From Conidiobolus incongruus B7586 (taxonomy: Eukaryota), in contig JNEM01011698.1 of assembly GCA_000697335.1 (NCBI GenBank), forward strand, positions 1 through 34,484: 34,484 nucleotides of DNA. The letters run 5' to 3'. A program made the position numbers and the translations under genes. The notes beneath the pieces were generated by a model. The model ran no database searches and was not told the origin of the DNA. It saw only the letters and a program-made list of their open reading frames with translations. Shown here piece by piece: positions 8,935 through 21,509 of this stretch (within the stretch, counting starts at the first letter, position 1; each line of letters begins with the position of its first letter).

Positions 8935-11900
8935 GTATTCTTAATGTACCAATCAGGAGTAAGATCCACTTAATATTTTATTAAATTAGTTCAATTTAAG
9001 TTATTTCAATATTGGATAAACTATTCTTTCATCATTTAAATTAATATTTCAAGTTTTATAAACATTGTAATGATCAATTTAAGTTATAAAAAGTATCAAA
9101 TATTTTGTTTAATCAGACATATGATTAAGAAATCTTAACTTTGAATTATAGTTAAAATTAAATATTATACTAGTTTAAATTCATAACTATTGATGAATAA
9201 AAAGATCTTTATAGTTTAATAATATTCGAATTAAATAATTTTTATATACATTCTATGATTAAATCATTTCAAATTTTATATTATTTAGTTAAAAATTAAT
9301 ATTCAGTTTAATTAATCTTAAATTTTTGAATTAAATTTAATTATATAAAAATTTTAAAACTAAATTGAAATAAATATAATTAATAGATGATTAGTTTTCT
9401 AATTAATAAAAATAAATTATTATAATATAATCAATTATATAAAAATTCTTATAAGTATTTACAATTATAAAAAATTTTTTAAATTAAGTTTTATATTTTA
9501 AATCTCTTCGAACATATTGAATATGTAATTATATTTAAGTATAAATAATTATTAAAAATAATAATATTTATGATTTAGATTTTGATTATCAATAAATAGA
9601 TAATCTCATAATGGATTCAATAAATTTATAATAAGAATCAATGTGAACCTATGTGGAGTATTATTAGGTTTTGTACAAATATAAATATAAATGAACCTTT
9701 TAAACCGGTGATATTCATTTAAACCTTTTACCGATATACATTATGATATAATAAAAATTGACACAAAGAGAGTTGATGTCATCATTATTATGAAATGTAA
9801 TATTGAGGGATGGTAATGGAATTGTACTAATACTCCATCACTCAATGGATTTTTAAAAATTATTTCTGTTATTAAATTATGTGATAATTTTCATTTACTA
9901 TTCAAATCACAGAGTTAATTGAACTTTAGCTTTGAGGATCAAACCCTCAAATATAACAATTGAAATCATAATCACATCCCGAATTCATTGTTTTAAAATT
10001 CACCTTTATAAATTTAAATTAAATAACTTAATATTATTTGATTATGGTATGAAAGTTTAATCCATGTTAAAATTCCTGTCGATTGATGTATGTGCATTTT
10101 TATTTCATATGGTTCATTCAATTAACCCCAAGTATAAGCTAAAAATGTTGTTAATATTCAAATGTGATTGATAATAAATTGACATTAACAAATTTTTAAC
10201 AATTTTACTATTAGATAAATTTGAAGCTATTTTGAGTAAGTATATACATGCATTACTTATGAATTTACCATTCTATTCCAAATTACAGAACACATTCAGT
10301 TGGAGTTGATTTCATTCAGTAAAATCAGTATAATATTTTACAATTATATATTCTTAGGTATCCTAACATATTTGATTAATTTCTAGATTTTTGATTATTA
10401 AATTTTAAACAACAGATTATTAAAAAAATAAGTTTAATAATATGCTGTTCCTTTTGACTCAAGGCAGAGGAAGCTAGCATGTATTAGGATTGATTAACTT
10501 CAATTATCAAAATTAAGGAAATAGACTATAACTATAATAGCAATTATACAAGGATATCAAAGTTATATAACCAGTGGTACCAAGTTCATTATACTTATCA
10601 TAGAATGCTAATAATACCATTAATACAATATATAGAATTAAAAGCATAGGTATTCAATGAATCAATATATTAAACCAATAGTTCAATATTAAATAAAGTT
10701 TGAAACAGATTATATTATATTGATATGGAAATAAAGACAAATTAGAAATTTAATATGTTTTAATTAAGTTTTATATTATATATTTTTTTATTAATTATAA
10801 TGTTTGAATATTTATTTATATCAAAAAAGATCTATATGAAAATTATTTTTTTTCACCAAAAAGTCATGAAATAATTTATATAATATATAAATAAATATAA
10901 AACTACATAAATTTATTTGATTTTGAATTTAAAATCAAATACTATATAAATTGTTATTATTTATATTTTTAATAATATTATAATTGTAAAGATATAAAAT
11001 ATAAAAAAAGCATAGGATTTATATTTTAATAAATGATATATGTTTTATATAATATACTATATTTTTTTATTTTTAATTATTAATCAAATAATTTTTCTTT
11101 AATATTAGTATTTATTTAATTGAATTTAATTTGAAATAATTGAGGTATATTCAAAATCTTGGTTAAAATATAAAGTGGATTTTTGATTTAACCCAATAAT
11201 TATATTTCAATCTGTTAAAAAAGTTTTATCAATTGTATCATTAAAAATGTAGTTAAAATATAATTAAAATTAAGTTATAAATATAGCCTTCAAATATAAT
11301 ATTTGAATATTATAATTAATGCTAGAGTGGAATCGATCTCAAAACTGTTATTAATATTACCAAAGTAGACTTGATATATTTCAGGTTGAAGTAGGATTGA
11401 GATGATCATCTGAATAATAATATTCATCAAAAGCAAAAATTTCAAAAGACTATATGATAAATTTAATTTCAATTGAATGTTCACTTAAATATTCAAACTT
11501 TTGTTTTTATATTAAATAATGAAAAATTTCAAAATTTTATTTTAATGTTAATAATTAATGATTGAATATGTAAATTGTAAGTTTTTACTTTAAACTTTAA
11601 TTTTTAAATATTTTTATTAAATTTAAATAATTTTCAATTAATATATATTTATCATAATTTTATAATAATTTTAAAATTTGAAAATAGTGCTTTATTAATA
11701 AAAATTATTAAAATATATTTATTAAAATAGATAAGATTTAAATTTTTTAAATATATAAAGATTATCATATTCTCTTCTCCATTTAATTATCAAATCATAT
11801 ATTAAATAATAATATTCATAAATCCATGTGTAATAGAGCAATAATAATAGAGTATTTATTCCTTTTTTAATGTAATATGACCATTTTAATTAATAGTTCT

Positions 11901-13043
11901 ATAGATATTGAGTTCTAAGTTATATTTTAAATCATTATATATATTAACAATATATTGAATAAAACATTAAACTCTATCTTAATATATATTATATTTATTA
12001 AAATATAAATTTCAAAGCGAATTTTAATGATTAATAAAATATATTATTACAAATACGTGTAAATTCAGTTAATTTTACATATTTTATCTGCATTATTTTC
12101 TTATTTGAAAAAAAACTACTTTGTGACTAATCTACTATTAGATATAATACAAGAATTTTGAAAATTAAATAAGTTGAAATAAGTCTTATTCATATTTGTT
12201 TAATAATAAAAGTTATTTAACTCAAAAATGAACTGAAATTTGATATCGTGGTTAACTGAATTTAATAAAGAGAAATAAGAGAAATAAAAGAAATAATACA
12301 ATTTTTGATAATGGCCATTACATATTATTTATCTAACAGTACTTATTAAAATATAAGGACATTGTGTTAAATATGATTGAAACACTCAAAACTTAATAAA
12401 TAATTGATGTTGACTTGAATATAAAAGTGAATTTGTTTATATTTTATCAAAATGAAAATTGTTGAATTTGATCAATAATTTTGGTATTATTTTATAAATC
12501 ATTTTATTATTAATATTATTATCTCTATTGTGATTAAAATGGATAATCAATCAATCTTCATAATTTATTTCAATATTTACTCATTGAAATTTAGTGGTAA
12601 GCCTAATATTCTAAAATATTAGAGCATTTTGTATTATGATATTTATGAATAAAAATATCATTAAGATATTATTAGTATATATATTTTATAAAAATTATCA
12701 TTATAATTCTTTAAATTTTAAAACCTCTAAATAGTGCAAGAGGGATATTCATTTTTATTTAAACTATTTGTTCTATAATATAAAGTAGTTTTATCAAAGC
12801 TGATTTTAAGATACTGCATTAGGAATATTTCCTCTATAAGTTTTATTTATATAAAATTCAAAGTGGTTAAAATATAATTTCTCTCTGCTTAAGCTTTGAA
12901 AACAAAATATGATAAGTTGAAGAAAATAAATTTAAATGTTTTATTTTTGGTAATATTAATGAAATGTTTGTTTTATAATTATATGCTGTTATAATATCAA
13001 GAGTTCATTTGAATTTTAATTTCATCTTAATATTCAAAGAATC

Positions 13044-14582
13044 ATGGTCAGTACTTAATTAGAATCTAGGTATAAAATTCAATTTTAGATCTTTTGCTTT
13101 GGTTAAACCTAATCCAACAATTCTAAGGTTCTCAAAATCTGGATTATCTTCGTGAATTTCAATAGTGAATTTCTGCAATAACATAGCTAAATAGACCTTT
13201 TGTTCCATTAAGCTAAAATTCATACCAATGCACATACGACTACCACCTCCGAATGGGAAGTAGATATCGGTATCGTATTTGCCATTCAAGAATCTCTCGG
13301 GTTCAAATTGCTCGGGGTTTGGATACACTTCAGGATTGTGTTGAGCTCCATAAATTGAAAGATTCACAAGAGTACCTTTGGGAATCACAATGTTTTCATC
13401 GGAGATAGGGAAATCTTCTTCGACTTCGCGTGGGAGAGCCACTACAGCTGGCGACTTTCTCATCACTTCCTTGATAACACAATATAAATAGGTCATATCC
13501 TTTAATTGATCTGCTGTGGGGACTATAAGTTGATCATGGTTTTCGGGAATATTGAGAATGTCGTAAATTTCTTTTCTGAGCTTGTTTTGAACTCGGGGAT
13601 TCTTAGCCAAATGGTACATAGCATAGGATAAAGTATTGGCTGTGGTATCATGTCCAGCAATAAAGAATACATTCAAATTTTCAATCAATTCTTTATCAGT
13701 TAAGGGTTCAAATGGATTGTCTGGATCTTCAATCAACATGGTAGATAGCAAATCTTTACCGTTAGTTTTTCCAAGTTTAATTTCCTTTCTCCTTTGAGCA
13801 ATGATGTCTCCAATAAATTTTTTGAATTCTTCAGAGTTTTGATGCTTTTTAGCTCTTTCACCAAATGGAAAACGCTCTAAAAATGGGAATAAAATGTATA
13901 AGGGATCCACGATCCCACTGAATACGGAATTGTATAGATGATGGTAATGAGAAGCACCCATATGTTTCACAGCTTCGAAGTCAAAACTGAAAATACCTTT
14001 TCCCAAAATATCAAGAGTCATATATTCCATAAGATCAGTAACTGGGAAGGGTTTTTCACCATTTTGGTTGATTCTATCCGACAAGGCATCCAAAGTCTCA
14101 GTAACACAATTAGCAAACATCTCAGGTTGGAATGATTGATGGAAGATGGGATTGGCAGGTCTTCTAAATCTTCTCCAATCGTCGCCATTACTTCTCACAA
14201 TATTCTTTTCACCAGTGAAGTTGACAAGTAGGGAATGAGGGTTATTAATATTGATCTTGGTGAATTGATTGTTTTTACGTAAAACTTGTTTGATGATTTC
14301 AGGTTTCATTGTAGTAAAACTCCAGCGGCCTCGGCTCCATGCGAGTGCATACCCTCTTTTATTCATTTCGGGTGCTAAAACTTCATGATAATGCTCGTGC
14401 ACTGTCTTATTATGACGGATTGACTGAATCATAGACCAAATTGAAATTTTGGGAATATTCTTCAATTGGTCAGGAACTTTTGTTAAATTATAATACACTA
14501 ATATGATTAATAAGATGAATAAAATCAAATATATCATTTTTGAAAAATTTGCAACTATAATGATAGTTTCAATGGTCAGTAC
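13044..14582. repeat. 11-bp direct repeat ATGGTCAGTAC bracketing the P450 ORF
   Basis: Identical copies at 13044-13054 (4 nt beyond the stop) and 14572-14582 (about 35 nt upstream of the ATG). Confidence 0.7.
13059..14537 (-). CDS. Cytochrome P450, intact, intronless (492 aa)
   Basis: Membrane anchor, WRRFR, AGHDTT, EVMR, PERF and PFGGGSRMCIG. Confidence 0.97.
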   Translation of the reverse strand: MIYLILFILLIILVYYNLTKVPDQLKNIPKISIWSMIQSIRHNKTVHEHYHEVLAPEMNKRGYALAWSRGRWSFTTMKPEIIKQVLRKNNQFTKININNPHSLLVNFTGEKNIVRSNGDDWRRFRRPANPIFHQSFQPEMFANCVTETLDALSDRINQNGEKPFPVTDLMEYMTLDILGKGIFSFDFEAVKHMGASHYHHLYNSVFSGIVDPLYILFPFLERFPFGERAKKHQNSEEFKKFIGDIIAQRRKEIKLGKTNGKDLLSTMLIEDPDNPFEPLTDKELIENLNVFFIAGHDTTANTLSYAMYHLAKNPRVQNKLRKEIYDILNIPENHDQLIVPTADQLKDMTYLYCVIKEVMRKSPAVVALPREVEEDFPISDENIVIPKGTLVNLSIYGAQHNPEVYPNPEQFEPERFLNGKYDTDIYFPFGGGSRMCIGMNFSLMEQKVYLAMLLQKFTIEIHEDNPDFENLRIVGLGLTKAKDLKLNFIPRF

Positions 14583-15271
14583 CGCTCCTTAAATACTTTT
14601 CAAAAGCTTTAGTTTCATATGATGGATTACATTAAGTAATGAGTAAAAATGATTTCATTAATTGATTGAAATTATTTTTCGGGGAACTTAAATTAATTTC
14701 AATTTAAGTGGAAATTTTTTTTAATTTTAATCAAATTAAATAAAAATTCACATTAAAAATGTTCAAATTATAGCCCAAGTTTCTAATATTATTTAAATTA
14801 TATAAATATATTTTAAATAGATATTAACAATATTAAATAGTTTTGGAATATATCATTTATATTTTTATCAATATTTTATATTATGAAGTCATTTATTAAT
14901 ATAAAAAAATTTGCGTATTATCTTTAATAGTCAATGATTGAATAAAAAATAACAATTGAATAAACATTATATTAGTTATATAATATTAATAAAATTGCTA
15001 ATGAATGAATAAAAGTAGGCATTAAAATGAATTAAAAATTTAAATAAAATTTACCATCCATGATTACCCTAATCAATCAAATATATTCTGATTTCATATC
15101 GAAAAATACCGCCTTATAAAATTCTTAGTATCAAAAAATGAGTAATGAAGAAAATTAAAAAAGAAAATTAAAGTAACGGATAAATAGTTTATCCTTTCCA
15201 AATCTTTCAAAAACAAAATTTAGATGAATTAAACAAATTATTAAGATTGTACAAACTAAGGAATAAAGTAT

Positions 15272-15344
15272 GGGGAATTAGCTCAAATGGTAGAGCGCTC
15301 GCTTAGCATGCGAGAGGCACGGGGATCGATACCCCGATTCTCCA
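15272..15344 (+). tRNA. tRNA-Ala (anticodon AGC), 73 nt, no intron
   Basis: Cloverleaf: acceptor stem GGGGAAT/ATTCTCC with the G3:U70 alanine identity pair, D-arm GCTC/GAGC, anticodon arm CTCGC-TTAGCAT-GCGAG, T-arm CGGGG-ATCGATA-CCCCG and discriminator A. No encoded CCA after the discriminator; followed by a T-rich Pol III terminator-like run. Confidence 0.97.
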
Positions 15345-17172
15345 TTTATTTTAAATTTCCAAAATTTATAATTTGTTTAATGACAATTTTGTACCAATAT
15401 TTTTAATAATTATTGAAATTTATATTACCAATATGTGATTTATTATATTAAAGATAGGAATTTATTAAATTTGAATAATTAAAAATTAAATATAATATCA
15501 AATCATATTGTTTTCACATTAATCAATGAAATGTAAAAATTCTTATTAAAATCATATAAACATATATGTGATACAATATATTATAATTATATTATATATT
15601 TTTGCCATTTCTATTTGATAATACACTTTGATATTTATTTTTTTTAGCCAAAATTTAGATCGTGGTTATCGAGTGTTTGAATAATAAATATATTGAAATT
15701 AATATTAAATATTTAAAATCTTATAAAAGCTGAGTGTTGAAATGAAGAAACAATATATGCTTATATAAGTCATATGCTGATATGATAATATCACAATAAA
15801 ATGATAATTATAATGGATCTCTATGTTACTAAATTGATAACATTGGTTGTTGATAGTATTATCCAAATCATATACTCTAAGAAAAAATTAAAAGAATCTT
15901 TAATCAAGTTATAATATACAATCATTATTATAAATAATAATTTTTCAAAATATTTAAAATTAGATATAGAAAAATATCTTGATTATTATAAATTAGATAT
16001 CTTTTTCAAAAATATTTCATCTTTTGTCAAATTTTATCACTTGGTAAAAGGAAGCTTTATTCTTTTTTTAAAAGTGATTTTAAATAGAATAATGAAAATA
16101 AATTTATTTGAATGTATTATTCGGGGTAAATTGATGCGGATATTTTAACGCCTAGCCCCAAGAGCTTGTGATATTCTACAAATTCCATATTATAAGCCTC
16201 TTTTTAATAAGGTTGATATGTTTAAACCATTAGATTTTACTCTTTCTTTTATATTTTACTAACCTCTTTGGCCATTTGTCTAAAATTCTGTACCCTTTTA
16301 AGTGATTCCTTCCAATCTGTGAGTTTACTCCTATGTCATAAATTTATAATCACATTTATAAGAGATCAAATAAGAAAAAATATATATAATATTGTTGAAA
16401 AAATATTTTGAATTTTCATATTTTATTATTACTATATATTAATTTTCTAGTCAATTGTCAACTTTATTCAACTTTAAGTTTTTAATAAGATATAGTTAGA
16501 GTATAAATTTGTTAAATAACAAAATACAATATTATCAAAATTTATAATTGATGTAATTTGAATTAATTTCTCAAAGATTAATTTAAGTTCTAAATATTCT
16601 TCAAAGTTTTAATACAGTGTGATAGAATTGAGTTTAACAATTATAATTTTAAATTATATTTGCTTGACATTAATATTTCTTTTTATAAATTGTTATTTAG
16701 AGTATTTTTTATATTCAAAATATTTTGGTTTAATAATATTAAAACTTTTCGAAATTTTTCTATTTTAATTTGTTTAATTAATCACTCTTAAAAAGATAGA
16801 CACTTAATGTCATAATTTAAAAAATAAATAATTAACACAAAATAATCATTTTTAAATTTTCTATAGATTCTTATAATTTGTCAATAATTATATTTTATAG
16901 TATATTACTTATACTATAACTTAATAGCCAAAATTTTCGTATTATAGTGATTTTTAAGAATTCTATATCAAATAAACTTATAATTAAATAGGGGATATGT
17001 AAATAAATTAAAGCATGACGTAAGAGGAACCAAATTGATAATATCTAATCAATATTTCATTTGATACATTTCAATTGTTCATTAAAAAAATTTAATTTTC
17101 AAGGAGTATTAAAATGAAAATTTATATATATTTTAGGGAATAGTAATTAAGTTACTTCAAAGATGAAAAAAA

Positions 17173-18660
17173 ATGTTGAAATTAATATTTTTAAGTGTAA
17201 TTATAGGTATTGGTATTAAAATCTATAACTTTTTTAAAGTACCCAAAAACTTTCAAAATATTCCTAAAATTTCCATTGGATCTTTAATCGGTTCGGTGCG
17301 TAAGGGGCTGCTGACAGAGGATCATTATAATCAAGTCATTAATCCAGAATTGCGGAAGCGCGGTTATGCTGTGCGATGGATTCGAGGTAAATGGGGTGTA
17401 CTGGTTGCAAAACCCGAAATTGTTAAAGATCTCTTCCGCAATACCAATCAATTCGCTAAATTTGTAAGTAAGAACGAGACTGGACTATTCTTCAAGTTTA
17501 TAGGAGGTCAGAATATTTTAAACTGCAATGGTGATTATGCAAAACGAATGAAAAAACTTGCTAACCCTATCTTTCGCAAATCGTTCCAGCCTGATATGTT
17601 TGTAGAATGCATTGAGGAGACTTTGGACGCGTTTGACAAGAGAGTTGAAGAAAGTGGAGGTGATCCTATTCCTGTGTGTGATTTAATGGAGTTTATGACT
17701 TTAGATATTTTTGGCAAGGGAATATTTAGTCACAATTTCGAAGCTGTAAAGAGTTTGGGATCTTCTGACTACTATATCCTTTATTCAGCTATTATTAAGC
17801 AGATATCCAAACCCATTTATTTCTTCTTCCCATTCTTAGAAAACTTTCCAAATAAGGCAAGAGCCAAAGCACATGAAGATGTAGCCAAATTCAATCAGTT
17901 TATTCAAGGGTTAATTGATCAAAGAAGAGAAGATCTCAGAGCTAACCAGTTCGCAGAATCCAAAGATTTATTATCTGCAATGTTACGGGAAGATTCTGAC
18001 AATCCTCTAGAACCTTTGACAGATAAAGAATTAGTTCAAAATCTGAATTTGCTATATATCGCTGGCCACGACACTACTGCTAACACTTTATCCTTTACTA
18101 TGTACTACCTATCCAGATATCCAGAAGTTCAAGATAAATTAAGAAAAGAGATCTATGATATTTTAGAAATCCCTTCAACTAGCAACAAACCAGTGATTCC
18201 CACATCTGAACAAATCAAAAGGATGGATTATTTATCTTGCGTGATTAAAGAAGTGATGCGAATGTGGCCAGCTATCATTCAAGTCAATAGAGAATTAAAG
18301 GAAGATTACCAGATTCCAGGCGATGACGTCATCTTACCCAAAGGCACAACTGTTGCTTTATCAATTTACTCAATTCAAAGAGATCCCAAAATCTATCCCA
18401 ATCCTGACACTTTTGATCCTGAACGCTTTTTAAATGGTAAGTATGATACCGATATCTATATGCCATTTGGAGGCGGTAGTCGAATGTGTATCGGTATGAA
18501 TTTCAGTTTGATGGAAATGAAAGTGTACTTGATTATGCTATTACAGAAATTCATACTCGGTATGCATGAGGATAATCCAGATTATAGCAAGTTTAGAGTT
18601 AAAGGTTTTCCTTTGCCACGTCCTAAAGATCTTAAATTGAACTTCGTTCCAAGGGTTTGA
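17173..18660 (+). CDS. Cytochrome P450, intact ORF, inverted relative to neighbours (495 aa)
   Basis: AGHDTT, EVMR, PERF and PFGGGSRMCIG are present. The C-helix WxxxR is altered to AKRMK. Closest paralogue is 20028-21509. Confidence 0.95.
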   Translation: MLKLIFLSVIIGIGIKIYNFFKVPKNFQNIPKISIGSLIGSVRKGLLTEDHYNQVINPELRKRGYAVRWIRGKWGVLVAKPEIVKDLFRNTNQFAKFVSKNETGLFFKFIGGQNILNCNGDYAKRMKKLANPIFRKSFQPDMFVECIEETLDAFDKRVEESGGDPIPVCDLMEFMTLDIFGKGIFSHNFEAVKSLGSSDYYILYSAIIKQISKPIYFFFPFLENFPNKARAKAHEDVAKFNQFIQGLIDQRREDLRANQFAESKDLLSAMLREDSDNPLEPLTDKELVQNLNLLYIAGHDTTANTLSFTMYYLSRYPEVQDKLRKEIYDILEIPSTSNKPVIPTSEQIKRMDYLSCVIKEVMRMWPAIIQVNRELKEDYQIPGDDVILPKGTTVALSIYSIQRDPKIYPNPDTFDPERFLNGKYDTDIYMPFGGGSRMCIGMNFSLMEMKVYLIMLLQKFILGMHEDNPDYSKFRVKGFPLPRPKDLKLNFVPRV

Positions 18661-20027
18661 AATGTAAAAGCAATATATTGTCAATGATTGTAAGAACAGA
18701 TCATTATAATGAACCACATATAGTCTTGTATTTTAACATCGCTATTGTTCAAGTTATACCATCCATTAAAAACCATTTTATTTTTTAATGAAATATCCTC
18801 AATATTTTAATTTTCATATCCAGTCATATCTAAATTTTTAGTAATGGATAATTTGAGGGTTATAATCAATTTTTAATTATGAACTATCAATTTAACTGGA
18901 TTAAGTTCTTGAAAATAATCTCAGATATATTGATCAAAGTTCAATATAAATTTTTAAATCCTTTCACATCTCTATTAAATGATTTCTAACAACTGTTCTT
19001 TAAGTAATTTCGCGGCAAATATCCTAAATATCTTCTACCACTAATTCTCATCCTGATATTTCTATATAAGATTATTTAAAACCATTCAGATACTTGACTA
19101 TTGATAACTGTAATTCATTTCATCAACATCAAAGTGTATAGTATTATATTAATTATTACAATCATAATCTGTACTTTTTAAATTATAATGACCTTGCTCT
19201 AAATTAAATTGTATTTTCGTGTTAATTCAATATTGATTCATAAATATTCTTCCATACCAACGCCTTTAATATGTAGAATTAATTTGATCACTAGTCTATT
19301 TTTATCACATAAATCCAATTTGTTCGAATATTCGAAATATAAAATTCAATTAAATATTTTTATTAGTATTTGTTTAATATGAATTTTGTATTTTTTATAA
19401 AAACTTTCCTCCTATATGAATTTTATGTTAAAACCAATATTATTACTTTATTCATTTTTATAAATTTCAATAAAAAAATATTCAATATCATAATTATTTA
19501 ATAGTTTTATTAAAAGCCAATTTTTATACACTTTTAAATTAATTTATACTATATAAAATAAACGTTGTATAAAGGATAAACTTGAATCCGATAAATATAA
19601 TAAAAATATATTCAGTTATTATAAAATTGGATAAAATTTTAAAAAATATATATTATTTGAAATGAATTTGAGTTGAATAATTCAATATTTTGCGCAAATC
19701 ATATATTAGCATATTAAATAATTGATACTAATAATAGAATTATAATTTCAAATAAATTTGATATTTTTATTAAAATACTACCAGTTGTTAAAAAAACAAG
19801 TTTTTTACAATATTGATATTAGATAATATCTAATCAATTCTATGATTAAAATTTTAATTAAGAGATTGATATACTGATATATAATCTAGTTTTGATCCAA
19901 TCTTCACAATTCAATAAAGGATAAACTCTAAAATTCATCAAAATAATCAAGCAAATGACTTTTATTGATTTTCTTTGATTAGTTATTAAGTATTGTATAC
20001 TTTTGAACCATATAATATTTAAAGATA

Positions 20028-21509
20028 TTAAATTCTTGGAACTAAATTCAATTTCAAATCTTTAGGACGAGTCAATCCCAATCCTTTAATTCTCAATTTA
20101 TCATAGTCTGGATTATTGGTGTCTATACTCAATGTAAATTTCTGTAACAGCATTGACAGATAAACCCTCTGCTCCATTAAGCTAAAATTCATACCAATAC
20201 ACATTCGACTACCACCTCCAAATGGCATATATATATCGGTATCATACTTACCATTTAAAAAGCGTTCAGGGTCGAAAGTATCAGGATTGGGGTAAATGTT
20301 GGGATCATGCTGAATTGAATAAATAGATAAACTAACTGGCGTTCCTTTAGGTAGAGTGACATCATCGCCTGGGATAGTGTAATCTTGCTGTAATTCTCGA
20401 TTCACTTGAAGAACCGCTGGCGAAATTCGCATCACTTCTTTAATGACACAATTCAAATAAGTCATATCTTTTAATTGCTCTGATGATGGGATAACTACAT
20501 GATTATGAGTAGGTGATAGTTGCAAAGTATCATAAATTTCTTTTCTTAGTTTGTCTTGAACCTGTGGATTTCTAGCTAAATGATACATGGCATAAGACAA
20601 CGTATTGGCAGTAGTATCGTGACCAGCTATGAAAAAGAGATTTAAATTATGGACTAATTCTTCATCTGTCAAAGGTTCGTAAGTGTTATCAGGATCTTCA
20701 CGCAGCATAGTAGATAACAAATCTTTGGAGTCAGCGAACTTGTTAGCTTTTAGATCTTCTCTTCTTTGATCAATCAAGCCTTGGATAAATTGATTGAATT
20801 CTGCTACATCTTCATGTGCTTTGGCTCTTTCGCCAATTGGATATTTTTCTAGCATCGGGAAGAAAAAATAAAGGGGGTTTCCTAATTGCTTCATAATTGA
20901 GGAATATAGTGTATGGTAGCGAGAAGATCCTAAGCTCTTGACAGCTTCAAAATTATGACTAAATATTCCTTTACCAAACACATCTAAAGTCATTAACTCC
21001 ATTAAATCCGATACGGGGATAGGTTCACCTCCACTCTCACCCAGTCTCTTCACAAACGCATCCAAAGTCTCCTCAACGCACTCAGCAAAAATATCTGGCT
21101 GAAACGACTGATGAAAGATCGGATTAGCGGGTTTCCTCAATCTCTTCCAATCATCGCCATTACTCGCTACAATATTGGGTGTTCCCACGAATTTGACAAA
21201 TAGACCTTTATTCTCCTTATTAACAAGTTTAAAGAATTGATTTCCGTTGCGGAACAAGTCCCTAGCAATTTCAGGTCTGGCTACCAATATACCCCACTGG
21301 CCGCGAATCCAACGCAAAGCATACCCACGTTTTCTCAGCTGAGGATGGATGATTTGACTATAATGATATTCTGTATTTAATCCTGTACGAAAAGTACTCA
21401 ATAATCCTAAAACCGAAATTCTAGGAATATCTTTAAAGTGTTTTGGGACTCTAAAATAATGGTAAATACCAATACCAATTATTAGACTGATAATAATAAA
21501 ATTCAGCAT
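20028..21509 (-). CDS. Cytochrome P450, intact, intronless (493 aa)
   Basis: Membrane anchor, WKRLR, AGHDTT, EVMR, PERF and PFGGGSRMCIG. Confidence 0.97.
   Translation of the reverse strand: MLNFIIISLIIGIGIYHYFRVPKHFKDIPRISVLGLLSTFRTGLNTEYHYSQIIHPQLRKRGYALRWIRGQWGILVARPEIARDLFRNGNQFFKLVNKENKGLFVKFVGTPNIVASNGDDWKRLRKPANPIFHQSFQPDIFAECVEETLDAFVKRLGESGGEPIPVSDLMELMTLDVFGKGIFSHNFEAVKSLGSSRYHTLYSSIMKQLGNPLYFFFPMLEKYPIGERAKAHEDVAEFNQFIQGLIDQRREDLKANKFADSKDLLSTMLREDPDNTYEPLTDEELVHNLNLFFIAGHDTTANTLSYAMYHLARNPQVQDKLRKEIYDTLQLSPTHNHVVIPSSEQLKDMTYLNCVIKEVMRISPAVLQVNRELQQDYTIPGDDVTLPKGTPVSLSIYSIQHDPNIYPNPDTFDPERFLNGKYDTDIYMPFGGGSRMCIGMNFSLMEQRVYLSMLLQKFTLSIDTNNPDYDKLRIKGLGLTRPKDLKLNLVPRI

Noticed and set aside
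9600..10720. Slightly GC-richer stretch that may be a decayed gene
   Set aside because: Partial translations give hydrophobic fragments but nothing I can assign to a family.
18700..19350. Possible decayed gene between the convergent P450s
   Set aside because: No recognisable motif in the frames I read.
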